Shown here: positions 26,039 to 39,450 of the stretch, piece after piece
Numbering within the stretch: the stretch's first letter is position 1
Layout: each line of letters starts with the position of its first letter
Source: Vicugna vicugna
Lineage: Eukaryota
DNA length: 64,000 bases
Direction of reading: 5' to 3'
Assembly (NCBI GenBank): GCA_013265495.1
Contig: MU061538.1
Span: forward strand, 1,941,339-2,005,338
Program-made: the position numbers and the translations under genes
The notes under the pieces: model-generated
What the model was told of the DNA's origin: nothing
What the model saw: the letters and a program-made list of their open reading frames with translations, nothing else
Database searches by the model: none

Positions 26039-27505
26039 TGAAGTGATTTCCCCAGAAAGTGCATCCCAAATCCCAGGGACTTGGAGGCACCCTTTGCACG
26101 TTGCCTGGCTCCTGTGGACGCTCGGGACAGGGACTCAGTCGGTCCCCTTGCCAAAGCAGGTCTCTTACAGGTTCCCACATAAGGAATCAGGGGCTGTGGT
26201 TCCGAGGTTAAAATCCGAATTAAAATGAATGTCATTTTCACATATTTAGAGCCAAATGATGGAGGGAGAGTGACGCACATCATCTTTTTTCCTCCTGAAG
26301 CCTCACAGAAGAGAGAATTATTTTCTCCTGAGTTAATTCAAGTATTTTAACACAAACTAACCTTGGGCAAAGGCTTAGGTGTGGCAGTTGGCCTTACGCC
26401 ACATTTCCTCGCATCACAATGTCCATTTTACAAGAATGCTGGCCGTGGACTTGCTAGGATGTGCCTGGCAAAATCTGTGGCAATAGATTTCACTTTACTC
26501 AATGCTGTTGAATCAGACAAAGTAATGGGAAAGCCTTTTTAAATGTCCTTAGTGCTCATGTTGATCAAAATGTCAGCCGGGCCAAAACCCTGAAATAAGG
26601 ACCGCGTCTGACTTTTGAAGATTTCACTGTAACTAAAAAGCAAAGGTGGTGATTCAGGCTGAGAGTTCTGCGGAAGGGGAGTTGCAACGAGTGAGTGTGC
26701 TTGCATTTCACGGTCTCACATGAATGTATTATAGTGGAATTTAAACACTTTTAAATGCCGTTAAAATTTTTTTTGAGTCTCATTTAATGAACTCGGAAAA
26801 TGAGTCATGAGTCTCGGATGAACGCATTTCGGTAGCGTCACGGTTCCTACGAGTGTAACCTTGTGGTTCTCCACTGCAGGCACCTTCTCCGGTCAGAATT
26901 TAAGATTTTCAGATGCATGGACAAATCTGAGCTTCCTCTTCTCTGAAATGTCAGATTTGGAGGGTGGGAGGGGAAGCAAAGTGAAATTCTGGATGAATCT
27001 CTAAATGGTATGAAAAGAAACTTTCCTGAGTAGCTGTCAAGCCTGTTATCCAGAGTGAAATTGAAGATGCATTTGTTTTGACTGATGAGAAAGCTTAATG
27101 ATTTTCACACTTCAGACCCTGTTTTAAAACCACAAAATGGATTATTACGTTAAATCTAGTGGGAAGTGGTTTGATCATTTCGAGGAGCTATGTTTTTTTA
27201 ACATTTCTAAAAAAAGAAAAGAAAAGAAACCCCAAAACGAAGACTTCTCAGCTCCAGAAACAGGACTTCCGTCCCTCCTGTTGCTTGTGTTCTGTCCCAG
27301 TCTGAGGATGAGAAACAGATACAAAGAGCCATTTTCCTTCCTCACCCTCGCCTTTCAACGCGACTAATCAGTTCGCTAAGTCTCAGGAAAGCGATGCAAT
27401 TAGCATTCTGGGAAGAGGGTTCATCCCATGCAATGATGTCTTAAATCAAAGGGCTAAGAAAAACGGGCCACTTTGGTAACATGATTTTATATTTTTAGCT
27501 AATAA

Positions 27506-27922
<417 letters not shown>

Positions 27923-29758
27923 TGACTTCCAACCCGGAAGGAGCACGTACTTGGTCAGAATTGCACGCATCCAAAGCACTTTCTCTTTATAAACTTTTAA
28001 AGCTGGGCTCCCCGTCCTGGACCAGGGAAGAGAATCTTTTTATGACTTGTCTGGTGCCTGCACCAGCGTCAGGTGGGGTCTTTACTGAGTATGAAGTTCC
28101 ATGCGTTTTCCTGTTTGTTAATTTGGGAGGGGTGCTGAATTTTTTTCTCAAGTTCCTTTCCCAGAATATCTGCTTCTTAAAAAATTTTTTTCTGGTAGAG
28201 GGTGAAAAATAATCCTGGACTCCTGTTCTGAAACACACACACGCGTCCACACATTCGGAAGCTGGGAACCATTGCCTGAACTTTGCTTCCTGTGCACAGA
28301 GGGGAACCCAGGCCCGCCCAGCTCGCCCCTCGGTTCAGCTGAACACACACCCTCTAGTCTGTACCACTGTGATGCTTTGAAAATACATTTACAAGAATGT
28401 ACTATAAGTTGTACATTCTTTTCAGATCTCTCTGGGAAAATGGGTGAGATATCAGAAGACAGTGATTTAAATCTAGGGGAAGTACTATCATGCAGTTATG
28501 GAAGCTTGAGCTGTTTAGCTTTCAGCAATTGTTTATAATAAAGTATAACATGACTGTGTCTGCAGGGTCAGATTCAGGGCTGAAGCCCTTAAAACAAGTT
28601 ACTGCACATGTACAGATACATATTCGTCATCAAAAGTTACTGAACACGAAAGTAATGCATTCCTGTTAACATGGCTAAGGTTTCTTACTCTGAGTAGTAG
28701 GGGGTTATTTTCTGTTTAAAATCCGGCTTGGCTGGGAGTTTGAAGACAATTGCAGAGAAGTGACTTGCTCAGGAGTTGGAGAGCCTTTGCCATCCATTTG
28801 GTAAGGGCTGTCGCAATTTGTGAAATTCACGTAAATAAGGGCATAGTCACAATTTCCCAAAGAAATAGTTTTTGAAGTTTTTCAAGCAACGCAGAGAGGT
28901 ATGTGTGGGATAAGATACAAGCAAAAATGTGATGAATGATATTGGAAATACTTGTTTTCCTATTTTTTCCCCCATAAAGGGTTTGGGTTCGTCATCATTG
29001 TCTGTGGCAAATACAAGTCATGAGCCCCTGCTCGGATATTACAGAAGGGCTTGAGCAAGTTTCACCTGCTCTTTACGCCGGTCTTTGAGCTGCCCCAGAT
29101 AAAGGATTCTGGGGAAAGATTCTGTTCCCAAGTGCAGCAATTTGACTTAATTTCAGTAATATTAACGATCTCTTTTCGTTCCTTCTGCATATTTTGAATT
29201 GGAAATAAATAAAAATTAATATTGTCCTAAAATATACAAGCGTAAAGCATAAATCTAAGATGTGTAGTATGACTAGTGCAAAATAACATGATCCAATCAT
29301 TCTTAATAGCATTTTTAAAAAAGCTGATGCTGTAAACATAACTGCCAGTGCCCCAGAGCTATGGAGAATACAAGGTAACCACTCCAGAGAGCCAACAGCC
29401 ACACGGCTGCCACAAATCCACGTGGAGTGAGGTTTTTCAGGGGCCGTTTCTCTCTGGAACATACTTATGCATGTTCTAAGCCATTTATACATTAAAGACT
29501 GAGACTGCGTTAACCCTAAGAAGAGACCAGGCTCCCTGCCCGCCCAAAGCCCCCTGCTATTGAAAGAAGTTAAAACCACAGAACAAGTAGAGAGGTTTTC
29601 AAACTTAAAAATTATCGCCAGAAAAAGCTAAGGTGTCACGGCGATGAGAATAACTCCACTGATGACCGCAGCAGCAAAGAGGTCGTGTGTTTGAACATAC
29701 TGGTTGCAGATAGTTGTGTGAAAGATGAGACTCTTATATTGTAGAAAAACTCCAGGTG

Positions 29759-29891
29759 TTTTTTTTTTTTAATTTTTTTGGGCGAGGCAAGGAGGTAATT
29801 AGGTTTTTTTAAAAAATAGAGGCACTAGGGATTGAACCCAGGACCTCATGCACGCTAGGCACACACTCTACCACTGAGCTGTACCCTCCCC
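29759..29891 (-). mobile_element. tRNA-derived SINE (Vic-1-like)
   Basis: Reverse complement of the same SINE, with a poly(T) tail and TSD ccaggtg at 29752-29758 and 29892-29898. Confidence 0.85.
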
Positions 29892-30055
29892 CCAGGTGCT
29901 TTTAAACATAATCTAAAACACAAGTGCAGTACGTCTGTTGCAGTGGCGTGACGTTCATCCTCGTTTTGTAAAGGCGGTGCTTTATCTTGTGCTGCTGTAC
30001 CCCAGGTTTGCTGTGATCAATCTGCACAATTTAAATGGTGTTTTAAAGAAATGAC

Positions 30056-30078
30056 TGTGTGTGTGTGTGTGTGTGTGT
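30056..30078. repeat. (TG)n microsatellite
   Basis: Read directly from the sequence. Confidence 0.9.
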
Positions 30079-30384
30079 ATTGGAGGTTATGGAACTACAT
30101 TAACTGGTAACTCCTCACCAAGTGTATACGACCTACAGGACGCCACACTGAGAGCTCCTAAAATGTCTGGATTGCTCTTAGGGAGATAAATGCTGTTTTC
30201 AAAAACAGATTGTTTCTAATACTAGAGGTTTGATTGAACGGCTGGTCCCTTTCCATACCTTATATTCACTTGGGGTGTGTGTGTGAGAATTTTGCGTTTT
30301 TTTATTTAATGTAGACCTTTCACTTTATTTTTAATAATTGCCTGGGAGCAGATGAGGGCACACCCACAGACCTGTACACGTGTC

Positions 30385-30500
30385 AGCGTTAGAGGTACAA
30401 CTGACACAGAAAATTGTAAGGTGTGGAAAGTGTACATCGTGGCGATTTGTGTACTTTGTGAAAGGACCCCCCCACCTGATTAGTTGACACACCTGTGATT
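30385..30500 (-). mobile_element. Short L1 3'-end fragment
   Basis: gaggtacaactgacacagaaaattgtaag...aaagtgtacatcgtggcgatttg resembles an antisense L1MA 3' end. Confidence 0.45.
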
Positions 30501-31761
30501 CTGTAAAATGTCAAGATTCTAAGGTTCACCCCTCCCCTACACACAAATAAATGGAGGAGACGTATTGTAGATTAAATTTAAGACGACTGTGTTTGGATTT
30601 AGGAATAACACTTTAGTGAGATTTTCATAAATGTATCATCTTCTCGACGAATGAAAAACATCTCAGTGAAAGGGGATGGGATTGCAGAGGGAGCCGCGGA
30701 CGCTGCTGCAGCCCTGCTCACTGGGCAGGATCGAAGGCATCAAACAACCTGTCCGGGGGTGCGGGGCGGTCACAGCGGCCGTGGCTTACGTCTTCCATGT
30801 CTCTCTTTCTTTTCCTGGGCCGAAAATAAATGTGAGTTCACTAGACCTTCCTGCTGGGATGCTTTGTGGCATCTGACCCGGGCTTCTCCGGATTATCGCT
30901 TGTCCTGAAGTGAAAAGTGATGTTCTAAGATCTCAGTAGGCTGGGGGCTGCGGTTTAAAAGGTAGCCCTGCCCCGCTCAGGGCAGCACATGTGCCCCTGG
31001 GTTGCGGATGGATGGGCCCTCGGGTTGGTGGGCGTATTCACTAGATAGAGCGTGTGGGTGTGTAGATACAGATATATAAATGTGTTTTATATACATATCA
31101 CTTCTGCTTTGATATCAAATCTGAACATTGAAAAACATCAGACTGGTGAGAGTTTGTCACATGACCACTTTGAGTGCCACACGTGGAATAAGGTCTCAGG
31201 TATCCAGACACGTTTAGCCTACGTTTAAAATAAAAGCATTTTTACCTTTTTGTACAGACTTCCAAGCACTGATGGGGGTGTTAAACGCTAATATTCAACA
31301 TATTTACCTTCAAGGCTAATAATATAAAATAATACAAAGGCTAGCATGGTAATAATTTTAAATAAGTTCTGTAGCTAAAATAATCCATCGCCCAGTCTAA
31401 GGGGAGCTGGCGTGAACTGCTGCCAGCTGGACGTGCAGGACGCATCGAAGCGTCATCACCTCTGCCCCTCGGGTTAAGTGCCCAGTGCGCCCCTGCCACC
31501 GGCAGGCGATACAATCCCTGGGCTTTGTTTCAAATGACTCCAGGAAAAACTGCTGGAAATGGGGCAACAGTAGCAGGGGTTGACTGTCTACAGGGGAGTA
31601 GATTACATCCTTCTTTCTACCTTTGTGTGTATTTGGAAACATCCATAATAACAAAGTTTTAAAAATGTGCTTCCACAGAGATGTGCTTTTGCAGAAAACA
31701 AATGACTTACGGGCTGGTGTTCAATGTAATGGTGATGCCATGCAACGCTTTTTCGTTCCAG

Positions 31762-31799
31762 GTCTGTGCAAAACTTCTGCTAATCATACTGAGCTCTAG
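31762..31799 (+). CDS. CNPY1: CNPY1 terminal coding exon with ER-retrieval motif HTEL
   Basis: ctttttcgttccag acceptor. Phase-1 continuation (G)LCKTSANHTEL-TAG; KDEL-like C-terminus typical of canopy proteins. Confidence 0.93.
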
Positions 31800-33010
31800 G
31801 AAGAACAGGGTTGCTGGGCAGAAAGGAGTCAAGCCACAGCCCAAAGGTCAACGTCTGCCTTTATGTCTTCATGTTTCTTCCTGAGAAGAAATTTTGTGTC
31901 TCTTGTTTCTACTACATCGTCTCACGTTTGATAATTTATTGAAAACCTATTGTTCGGCATCGTAACAAGCCCAGTTCTTTCTATAGGTGAAGCAGAGGAG
32001 TGCATAAAACAGATTGCCTTTGCAGATTTTGACACAAACAGGCTCGGCCATAAAGCATTTGATTCTAGTAACAGGGGAAAAGTGAAGAGATGTCATAAAT
32101 GAAATAAGGGTCTGATAGCATGTACTGTCTAGTTCACGCACGTGGATCGTGTTCTGTTTGTTAAGAACTGGACTGGATTTCATCAGTACTTGCATGGTCA
32201 TGAAATTAAGGAAATGTATTGCCACAGATTGCAGGTTTTCTGTGGCTATCACTTAGAGAAATGACCTCACTTCATATCAGGAATGAGATTTAAGTTTCTA
32301 GAAACCTTAAATGTAAAAACATCCTAATTTCTAAAATTTAAATGCGCCAAAAGTAGGGAACACTTTTATAGTGAACAAGAGCTCTGTTGGCCTTTCTTAC
32401 GTGTAGATTCTGAATTCACATGATGTAGAAGGCTGATTTCTTAGTCTTTAATCTTAAAGGAGGCCACCACTGGCTATTTTTTGTTTTGATGCTAACTCTC
32501 CTGTTGTGTCTTTGTTTTAAAAGACTTTCAGCTAACATTTAGCGTGTAGATGTTACCACTCACCAACCTCTCGTTCTCTATGTGGGTGTTGTTGTAGGTG
32601 TGGAGGCAGGAGGAGAGGTGGGGCCTTCTGGGAAGTTACCTTTGGACCGTGTTACTGACGAGTGGAGTCATGATCTCACTGTCAGATGTTTCATTGTCTC
32701 TGTTAAATTTACGTTCATTGGCATCTGACTTTAATTATGTAAAATGTCAGGGCATATTCTACACTTGTTTTAAAGAAGAAATTCTCATTGTTGTCTCTGA
32801 GAATTTACTAAGTAGGGTGACATTCTGCCCCCCAAAAGCAAAAACTATTTGCCATAAGTTACATGGCTGCCCAGAAAGCACACTGTTTAACCACTCAGCT
32901 GACTCCTCCGCAGGAGACGATTCTGAAATTTAGACAAATTTGCCAAAATTTTTAAAAAAAGATTTCTGTTTTTCTCCCTCTGCCACCTCAGCTCTTACTA
33001 AAAGTCAGAT

Positions 33011-33181
33011 ACCTTTATTTTAATTTTTTTTAGAGAAGACAGCTTTTTTTTTAAATTTTTTAGGGGAAGAGCTAACTAGGTTTATTTATTTACTCATTTT
33101 TTAAGTGGAGGCACTGGGGCCAGAACCCAGGACCTTGTACATGCTAGGCAGGCACTCTACCACTGAGCTGTCTCCTCCCCC
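33011..33181 (-). mobile_element. tRNA-derived SINE (Vic-1-like)
   Basis: gaacccaggaccttgtacatgctaggcaggcactctaccactgagctg...ctccccc, with TSD aaaagtcagata. Confidence 0.85.
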
Positions 33182-33192
33182 AAAAGTCAGAT

Positions 33193-33393
33193 ATTTTAAA
33201 AATTGAAGTCTAGTCAGTTTACAATGTTGTGTCAATTTCTGGTGTGCAGCACAGTATTTCAGTCATACGTGTACACACGTATATTCGTTTTCATATTCTT
33301 TTTCAGTATAGGTTGCTGCAAGATACTGAATGTAGCTCCCTGTGCTCCACAGTAGGACCTTGTTTATTGTTTATATAGTAGTGTGTATCTGCA
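33193..33393 (-). mobile_element. Short 5'-truncated L1 3' end
   Basis: tttacaatgttgtgtcaatttctggtgtgcagc...ccctgtgctccacagtaggaccttgtt; homologous to the L1 3' end at about 10870-11040. Confidence 0.8.
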
Positions 33394-36300
33394 AAAAGTC
33401 AGATTTTTAAGTTAATGTCACTTATTTGGGAAAACTGGAAGAGTCTGTGATTTTGGACGTGCCTGCCGTTGGTTAAGGAGCACAGAGCCTACACGTTGTA
33501 ACCCAGTGAGCCTGCCCTGGGTGCGACTGATACAAAGTGGAAACAGAACTTGAGAACAATTAGCATCATTTGTTCAGGAGGGAAGAATTGAGATTTAAAG
33601 CATAGTCCCTGTGTCTTTATATAAACTTACCTATTTAAGATAATTAAGCATTTCAACTAGGGACTCATAAACATTTCCCTAACTTAGGCTTCCTTGGTAA
33701 AGGCACTAAACTCTTTCTTGACGGGAACACGGTGGAGACGCTGGCACAAGGTTCCGCTAAAGCCGAAGCGCCTGTCGTGGAGGACGCTCCCTGCAGTCTT
33801 TTCACACTCGCTGGTAGTCCTTACACAGTCTCACGCGTAGGCAGTACTCATGGTAGTCGTGGCGTTTAGGAGAATTTGGGTTCCTGTTTCTGACCTAAAT
33901 GAGCTTGGGAGGTTGGCCTTACTTTCCCTGATGGATGTTTAACTGGAGAGAACCGTGCATCTTGCCTCTGATGGTGAATATCTTAAGGTTTTGCTCAATA
34001 CAGCTTTTCAGTTTTTTCTTATTTTCCAGGAAAAATAATCTTGTCTCTTAGAGGATTTTTGATATCTTATGACTTACATATTTTTTCTTTCCAGATCAGA
34101 CTTGTTTAGCTGATGTAAATGTTTGTAGCGTGCTGAGTTGTTGATTAAAACTACGTTTGAGTCCCAGACACAAGTCTGCATTTCTCATGGTGACCCTTAA
34201 GGTTCCCCCCGGGTCGCGGTTGGGCTGTGCTGGTCTTGCTGATGAACAGTGATGAGCAGATAGCTGTTCACTTGACCATCCCTCCAGCCGCATTCCTGCC
34301 TTTTAGGGACTTCTATTGACCGAAAACAAAACAGAAGCAAAAAGCCAGAAAAAAAGAAACAGAAACAAAACGATGCCTAGGATGTGACAGAAAAGTTTCT
34401 TAGAGGCCATGAAAAGCAAACTAATTCTGGGTCAGAAGAAATTCCTGGAGGAAAAAGGGAGGGGGTGTGTTGTGGGGGCAGTTTATAATGCTTATTAAAA
34501 TAGTAGGGAGAGAAGACATGCTTGAGGTGGATGCTTTCACATTGTACTTTTATGAAATGGTTTCTTTGGGTCTCCATGGAAGACTTCTGTGAAGTTATTC
34601 TTGTAAAGAAAAGACCAGTTGGCTGAGATGAACAGCTTAAACTCTGTGATGTGGATTACTGTTTGCTTAGAGTAAGTCGAGGCCAGTGAATCCATTTCAC
34701 TGAGGAGTAGAGAGCAGAATAGAGCAAAGCCCCAAATGGGGGAGATCAATACGTGATTCACTAAGACAAGCCCTGAAAAAAAGAGTCGATTGCTGGTTAT
34801 TTTTTAAATACCTGTTTCTCTGCTTGGGTTGATATGAATTCGTATATGTAACAGAGTTATCAAAAGAAAACATTTTCAATTACATATCAGTCTTAAAAGT
34901 CAGATTGTAATGGAACATGAGAAGAAGGCTTTCTTTGGTGTGGTTGTGCAACCTGTTTAAAAATCTGATGCAGATCCATGCGCTAAGCTTCGGTCCTGGA
35001 GCCTGCTCACGGTTTTACACCAAAGTGCAGTTAACGATGCTATAGAGTCACAGTGAGAAATGCACCCGTTAGAGACAAGTGTGTTTCCAGTGTGATTTTC
35101 TGCCTATAACTTAATTCCCCTTTATAAGTTTCTTAAATTCCTCAGATTATTTGTTTTTGGAGGCAAGGAACTAAATACACAAAAGGTCAAATGCAGTGAA
35201 TGAAACTGAAATATGAAAGTCCTACAAACCCATTGCCCTTGAATTTCCTGGGAGGAGAGGCCGGAAATGGCCTGGCTTTCTCGGGGAGTCACGCCTGCTG
35301 CCCTTGCCCTGAACGTGTGTGTGCTGATGGGGAAGGATGCACTCGTTGTGTTCAGGACCTGCCCTGCTCAAAGGAGGTGGTGGCTAAAGTTAATATAGTG
35401 TTAGCTTATGTGTCTGTAGGACCAGCACCTGAAAAGTCAAGCTTTGCGTCCTGAGGACGGCTTGTGGAAGCAGGGTCTGAGCGCCAGACACGGCCCTCTG
35501 CCCTTCCAGAGGCTCAGGGGACTCACGATGGCGGGTGGATGGGGACGCAGCCACACAGATGCAGCCTGCAGACCTGCGTACGTAGATTCAGATGAAGTCG
35601 GGACGCAGGGACGTCAGCTGAAGCTTGGACTGCTCCAGAGAGATCGCAGAGGAGAAGTGCCTGGAAATTTCTTTAACTCCTTAAAGAAAAAAAAAAATCA
35701 CTCCTATGCTCGCATCTTGATTTTCAAGATTTTCAAGAAAGAAAAAAATCCCCTACATTATAATAACACACATAGAAAATATCCTACCCCATGAGAGCAA
35801 ACTCTATGAAACGTAGTCAATCTGTTAAGAAGTTCCTGGAAAACAGAAAAGCTATGAGATTAAGGGGGAAGTGTGTTAGAGCCTTATTATAATATGGCTC
35901 GGTATTACAGAACACAGATTTCAAGGAACCGTGGGTCAAAACTGTACCCCCCAGAGCACAATGGCACAGACCAGAAGCCCAGCACGTGAGGCAGGCAGTC
36001 ACAGAGGCAGGATGGGGCCGTGTTCCAACGAGCCGCGGTGCAGGCAAAGTTCTGGGACGGCGGGCTTGGCTGGTCTGTGGAGCAGCTCGGAGGCGCAGGT
36101 GTCTTCTCTTAGAGCAGATAACGCTTGTAGTAACTTCCTTCTCGTCTGGGGCTTGTTAATAAACTGATGTCTAAGGGATGCAAGGTGCATAATGGAACGT
36201 TGGAATCCCAGTGTCAGCTAATTAGGCACGGCTGAGGCTCGGATAGATTCCATAAGCGATAAGTTAAAATAGTAATACCAGTTTCAAACTTTATGGCACC

Positions 36301-39300
36301 AGATGAGCTAGAATGTACTCCTAACATTTTTTATTAAGGGTTTGCCTCAAAGCTGCTTTCTGAGCAAGTGGGGATGTCTCTGCTGCATATCCTCTGATAT
36401 CAGCCAATAAAAGGTGACAATAATCCTGGAGGTGACACCACTGTCCACGGAAAGAGGAGATTTCAATCAGGTGATCTTCATTGTCTGATGGAAATGACCT
36501 TTATGGCTTTGTTGTCCTTCATCACAGGGCCTTGATTAAACACCTCCGTGCCTTGTGGTTTGTAGAAGAAAGCAGGGAACCAAAAAATAGACTATTTGGT
36601 CCCCATTAAAAATGGACCCTATTTAAAGCAACATGGTATTAGAACAGAGCGAAAGCTAACGCAAATGCAGCTTCAGTAAGTGTTATTAAATTATTAGACC
36701 TTTAGGTGAAAATACACCCTCGAGCTGCCGTTATACGCAATCAAAGCCGTGATTAAATATTAATGCCCTAAGATTAAAGGGCCACTTGAGTGATTTTTTT
36801 TAAGCAGTACCCCCAAACGGTGAACAGGAGGTGGTGCAAATTAGCTACATTTTGTATACTTTGTGGGCACCAAAACCTGGACCAGTTTTGAGAGTGAAAA
36901 CCCCAAGGGTGTTCATGCATGGGCTGAGGTCCCGTGTGCCTACAGGTGCGTTGTGATTCTTTCTTGTCAGACCACAGAAAGCTCAGCCACTCTTGTGTCC
37001 ACCTGCTGGTGCTACTGCCCGGTCCTTCCAGAGAGAGAGAGAGGAAGAGAGGAGAGAGAAGCGATCTGGAGCAGCGGCTGTGTTCAAACAAAGCCGTGGA
37101 AAAGCTGCTGCTTGTCCAGATGAGTGGGTGTGATCCATCCCGCCTTAAGAAAGGAATCCTCTGTTCTTTTTTAGGAGGAATCCTTTTTCCTTTTCCTTCT
37201 AGGCGATGTCTGAGTCTCGCTTCCAGCAGGGAAGCGAGCTCAGTTCCTGGAGCTCCTGTGACGCAGGCCCGGGGGTGGAAGTTTTCCCTCCTGCACTGAC
37301 ACGGAGCTGAGGGCCCTCATGGCCATCCCACTGCTCAGGGCCGAGGCAGTGGGACCAGAGACCCCAGTCCCCTCTGGGGAGGGCCGTCCCGTGACCCACG
37401 CCCCCACCCCCACTGGCCTGTGCAGCACCCCCCCCGGCACTGGCACTGAGGGGGTGCCAGTGTCCTTTGTGGCAGTGTCCCACATCCCTGTCCTGAAGAG
37501 CCCGGCCCTTCAGCCCGGCTGTGCTAGTCATGGACCCCAGAGGAGCAGATACCTTGGCCGGCTGGCCGGCCGCTACCCCGACAGGCGGTGCGGGGAGCTG
37601 ACTTCTCCCCTCCAGTCCCTTCTCCTTGGTCTGAACTCAGGAGCCCACACAGCTCGCGGCCGTTCTCTTAGTCTGGCCATGGAAATGCAGTTTTACAGTC
37701 AGATCTGAGTGGTCAACAGGCCCAGACCTGCGCCCCTCCTCCAAGTCCCCTGGGACCTGACGCAGCCCCTCGGGCCTGGGGCGGCCACATCAGCCGGACA
37801 CCTGGCATCCTGCCCTGACTTGGAGCCCTTCTCAGCGACCGTCCCCTCCCCTGGTTAAGCCCCGCAGAGCTGAGACGCACCGCCTCTCTGCATGCATCTT
37901 TGCCCTGCTCTTCCCCCTTGTGGTCCAGTGGGCCCTGCGTGTGGCGAGGCCCCGTGGTGGGCGCCGAGAGGGACATGGGGAAAGGGCGGTGACCGTGGTG
38001 CGGCGCCCTCTGTGCCGGGACAGTGCGCGGCCCCACCTATAAGGGGAACTCGGCACGGGAAGGGGAGGCATGGAGCGAGGCCTTGCCGGGGTCTTTGGAG
38101 TGAAAGCTGGTGCCTCCTCACGCTGGCCGAGGGCTGGGCCCCCGTCTTCCTCCCTCCTTTTCCCTGTGACCGCTCCCTTTGAGATCAGCAGTGGGTTCAG
38201 GGATGGAAAAGACCTGGCTGGAGGCAGTGAAGGAATGAAATACTGCCAACCACAGCATTCGGATTTGGAAAATGCGTTCTCTGGTCAGTGGCCTTTGGAG
38301 CAGTGAGAGGAGTCTGATGAGGTGAGGGGACGGTGGGGACTCAGAGTCTCCTGTTCTGAGAACGGAGAAGCAGAGGCCCCGAGGAGGATGGTTGGAGCCC
38401 CTCACTGAGTCTGGAGTGTCCTCGCCCTTCCCCTCTCGTGGACACCTCATGGAGGAGTGACCGCAGGTGGACGTGTCACCCGAGGGACAGAGAATGGCCT
38501 GGTCCCAATCAGTGCTTGGTTTTGCAGGAGGACTGGCAGGAGTGCTGGGGGGGGGCGCATCGACCCCCACTGCGCACCCCGGGGCCACGCCGGGTCCAGA
38601 CATCCAGGGCGACCTGCCAACTGGCTTTCGTAGAACTCCAGTCACCTATAGCACTAGGGACACCGGCGTTGCTTGTGGGTCAGGCTACACAGAAGCTCAG
38701 ATTGTAAAATGATTTCATCCAGTTTTGGTAACTTTCAGTGGAGTAGAAAGCACCTGATCTCTAGTTGCTACTCTAGGTTCTTACAGAGGAGCCGGGTGCT
38801 CTGTGACCCCTTCAGAGCTTTTACACTACGTTTGATGGTGTGCCCGGGACCAGCCTGTGCTCCAGCAGCCCGGCTGGGGTAGAGCCTCCCGCTGACCGGC
38901 CAGGACGTGGGGGCCCTGCCCAGCCAGGCGGGCCTGCACCCGGAGCTCCCCGCGCGGACTCCCCGGCGGGCTCTGCTGCTCTCCCTGCTGGCCCCACCTC
39001 CTCGGTCTCCAGCCCCCTGAGTAGACGCTGCTGTCTCTCTCCCTGTTCTCCTTGGGAGACCACATTCAAGACCACTAAGTGCCCCCTGCCCCCTACTGTC
39101 TCTTTCTGGAGGCGGCAGGTGAGCAGGGGCCACGGGACCACAGGGGAACATGCGTGGGAGCCCTCAGTCCTCTGAACGCTCGGGAGATGCACCTAGATCA
39201 GAACAGGGGGGCCTAGGTAGGTGGGGGAGAGGGGCCACTTCAGCCTGCCCCTGACCAGGGAAACTGCAGAGAAGGGCATTTCTGCTTCTTTAGCTTAGGT

Positions 39301-39333
39301 TCCCTTCTTTAAAACCACACGAAACAACGTGAA

Positions 39334-39450
39334 GGGGGAAAGGGTTAGCTCAAGTGCAAAGCCCACGCTTAGCGCGCACGAGGTCCTGGGTTCAATCCCC
39401 GTAAAGCCTCTAAAAACAGACAGGCAAACCTGATTTCCTCTCCCCCCCAC
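39334..39450 (+). mobile_element. tRNA-derived SINE (Vic-1-like, diverged)
   Basis: gcttagcgcgcacgaggtcctgggttcaatcccc core. Confidence 0.75.
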
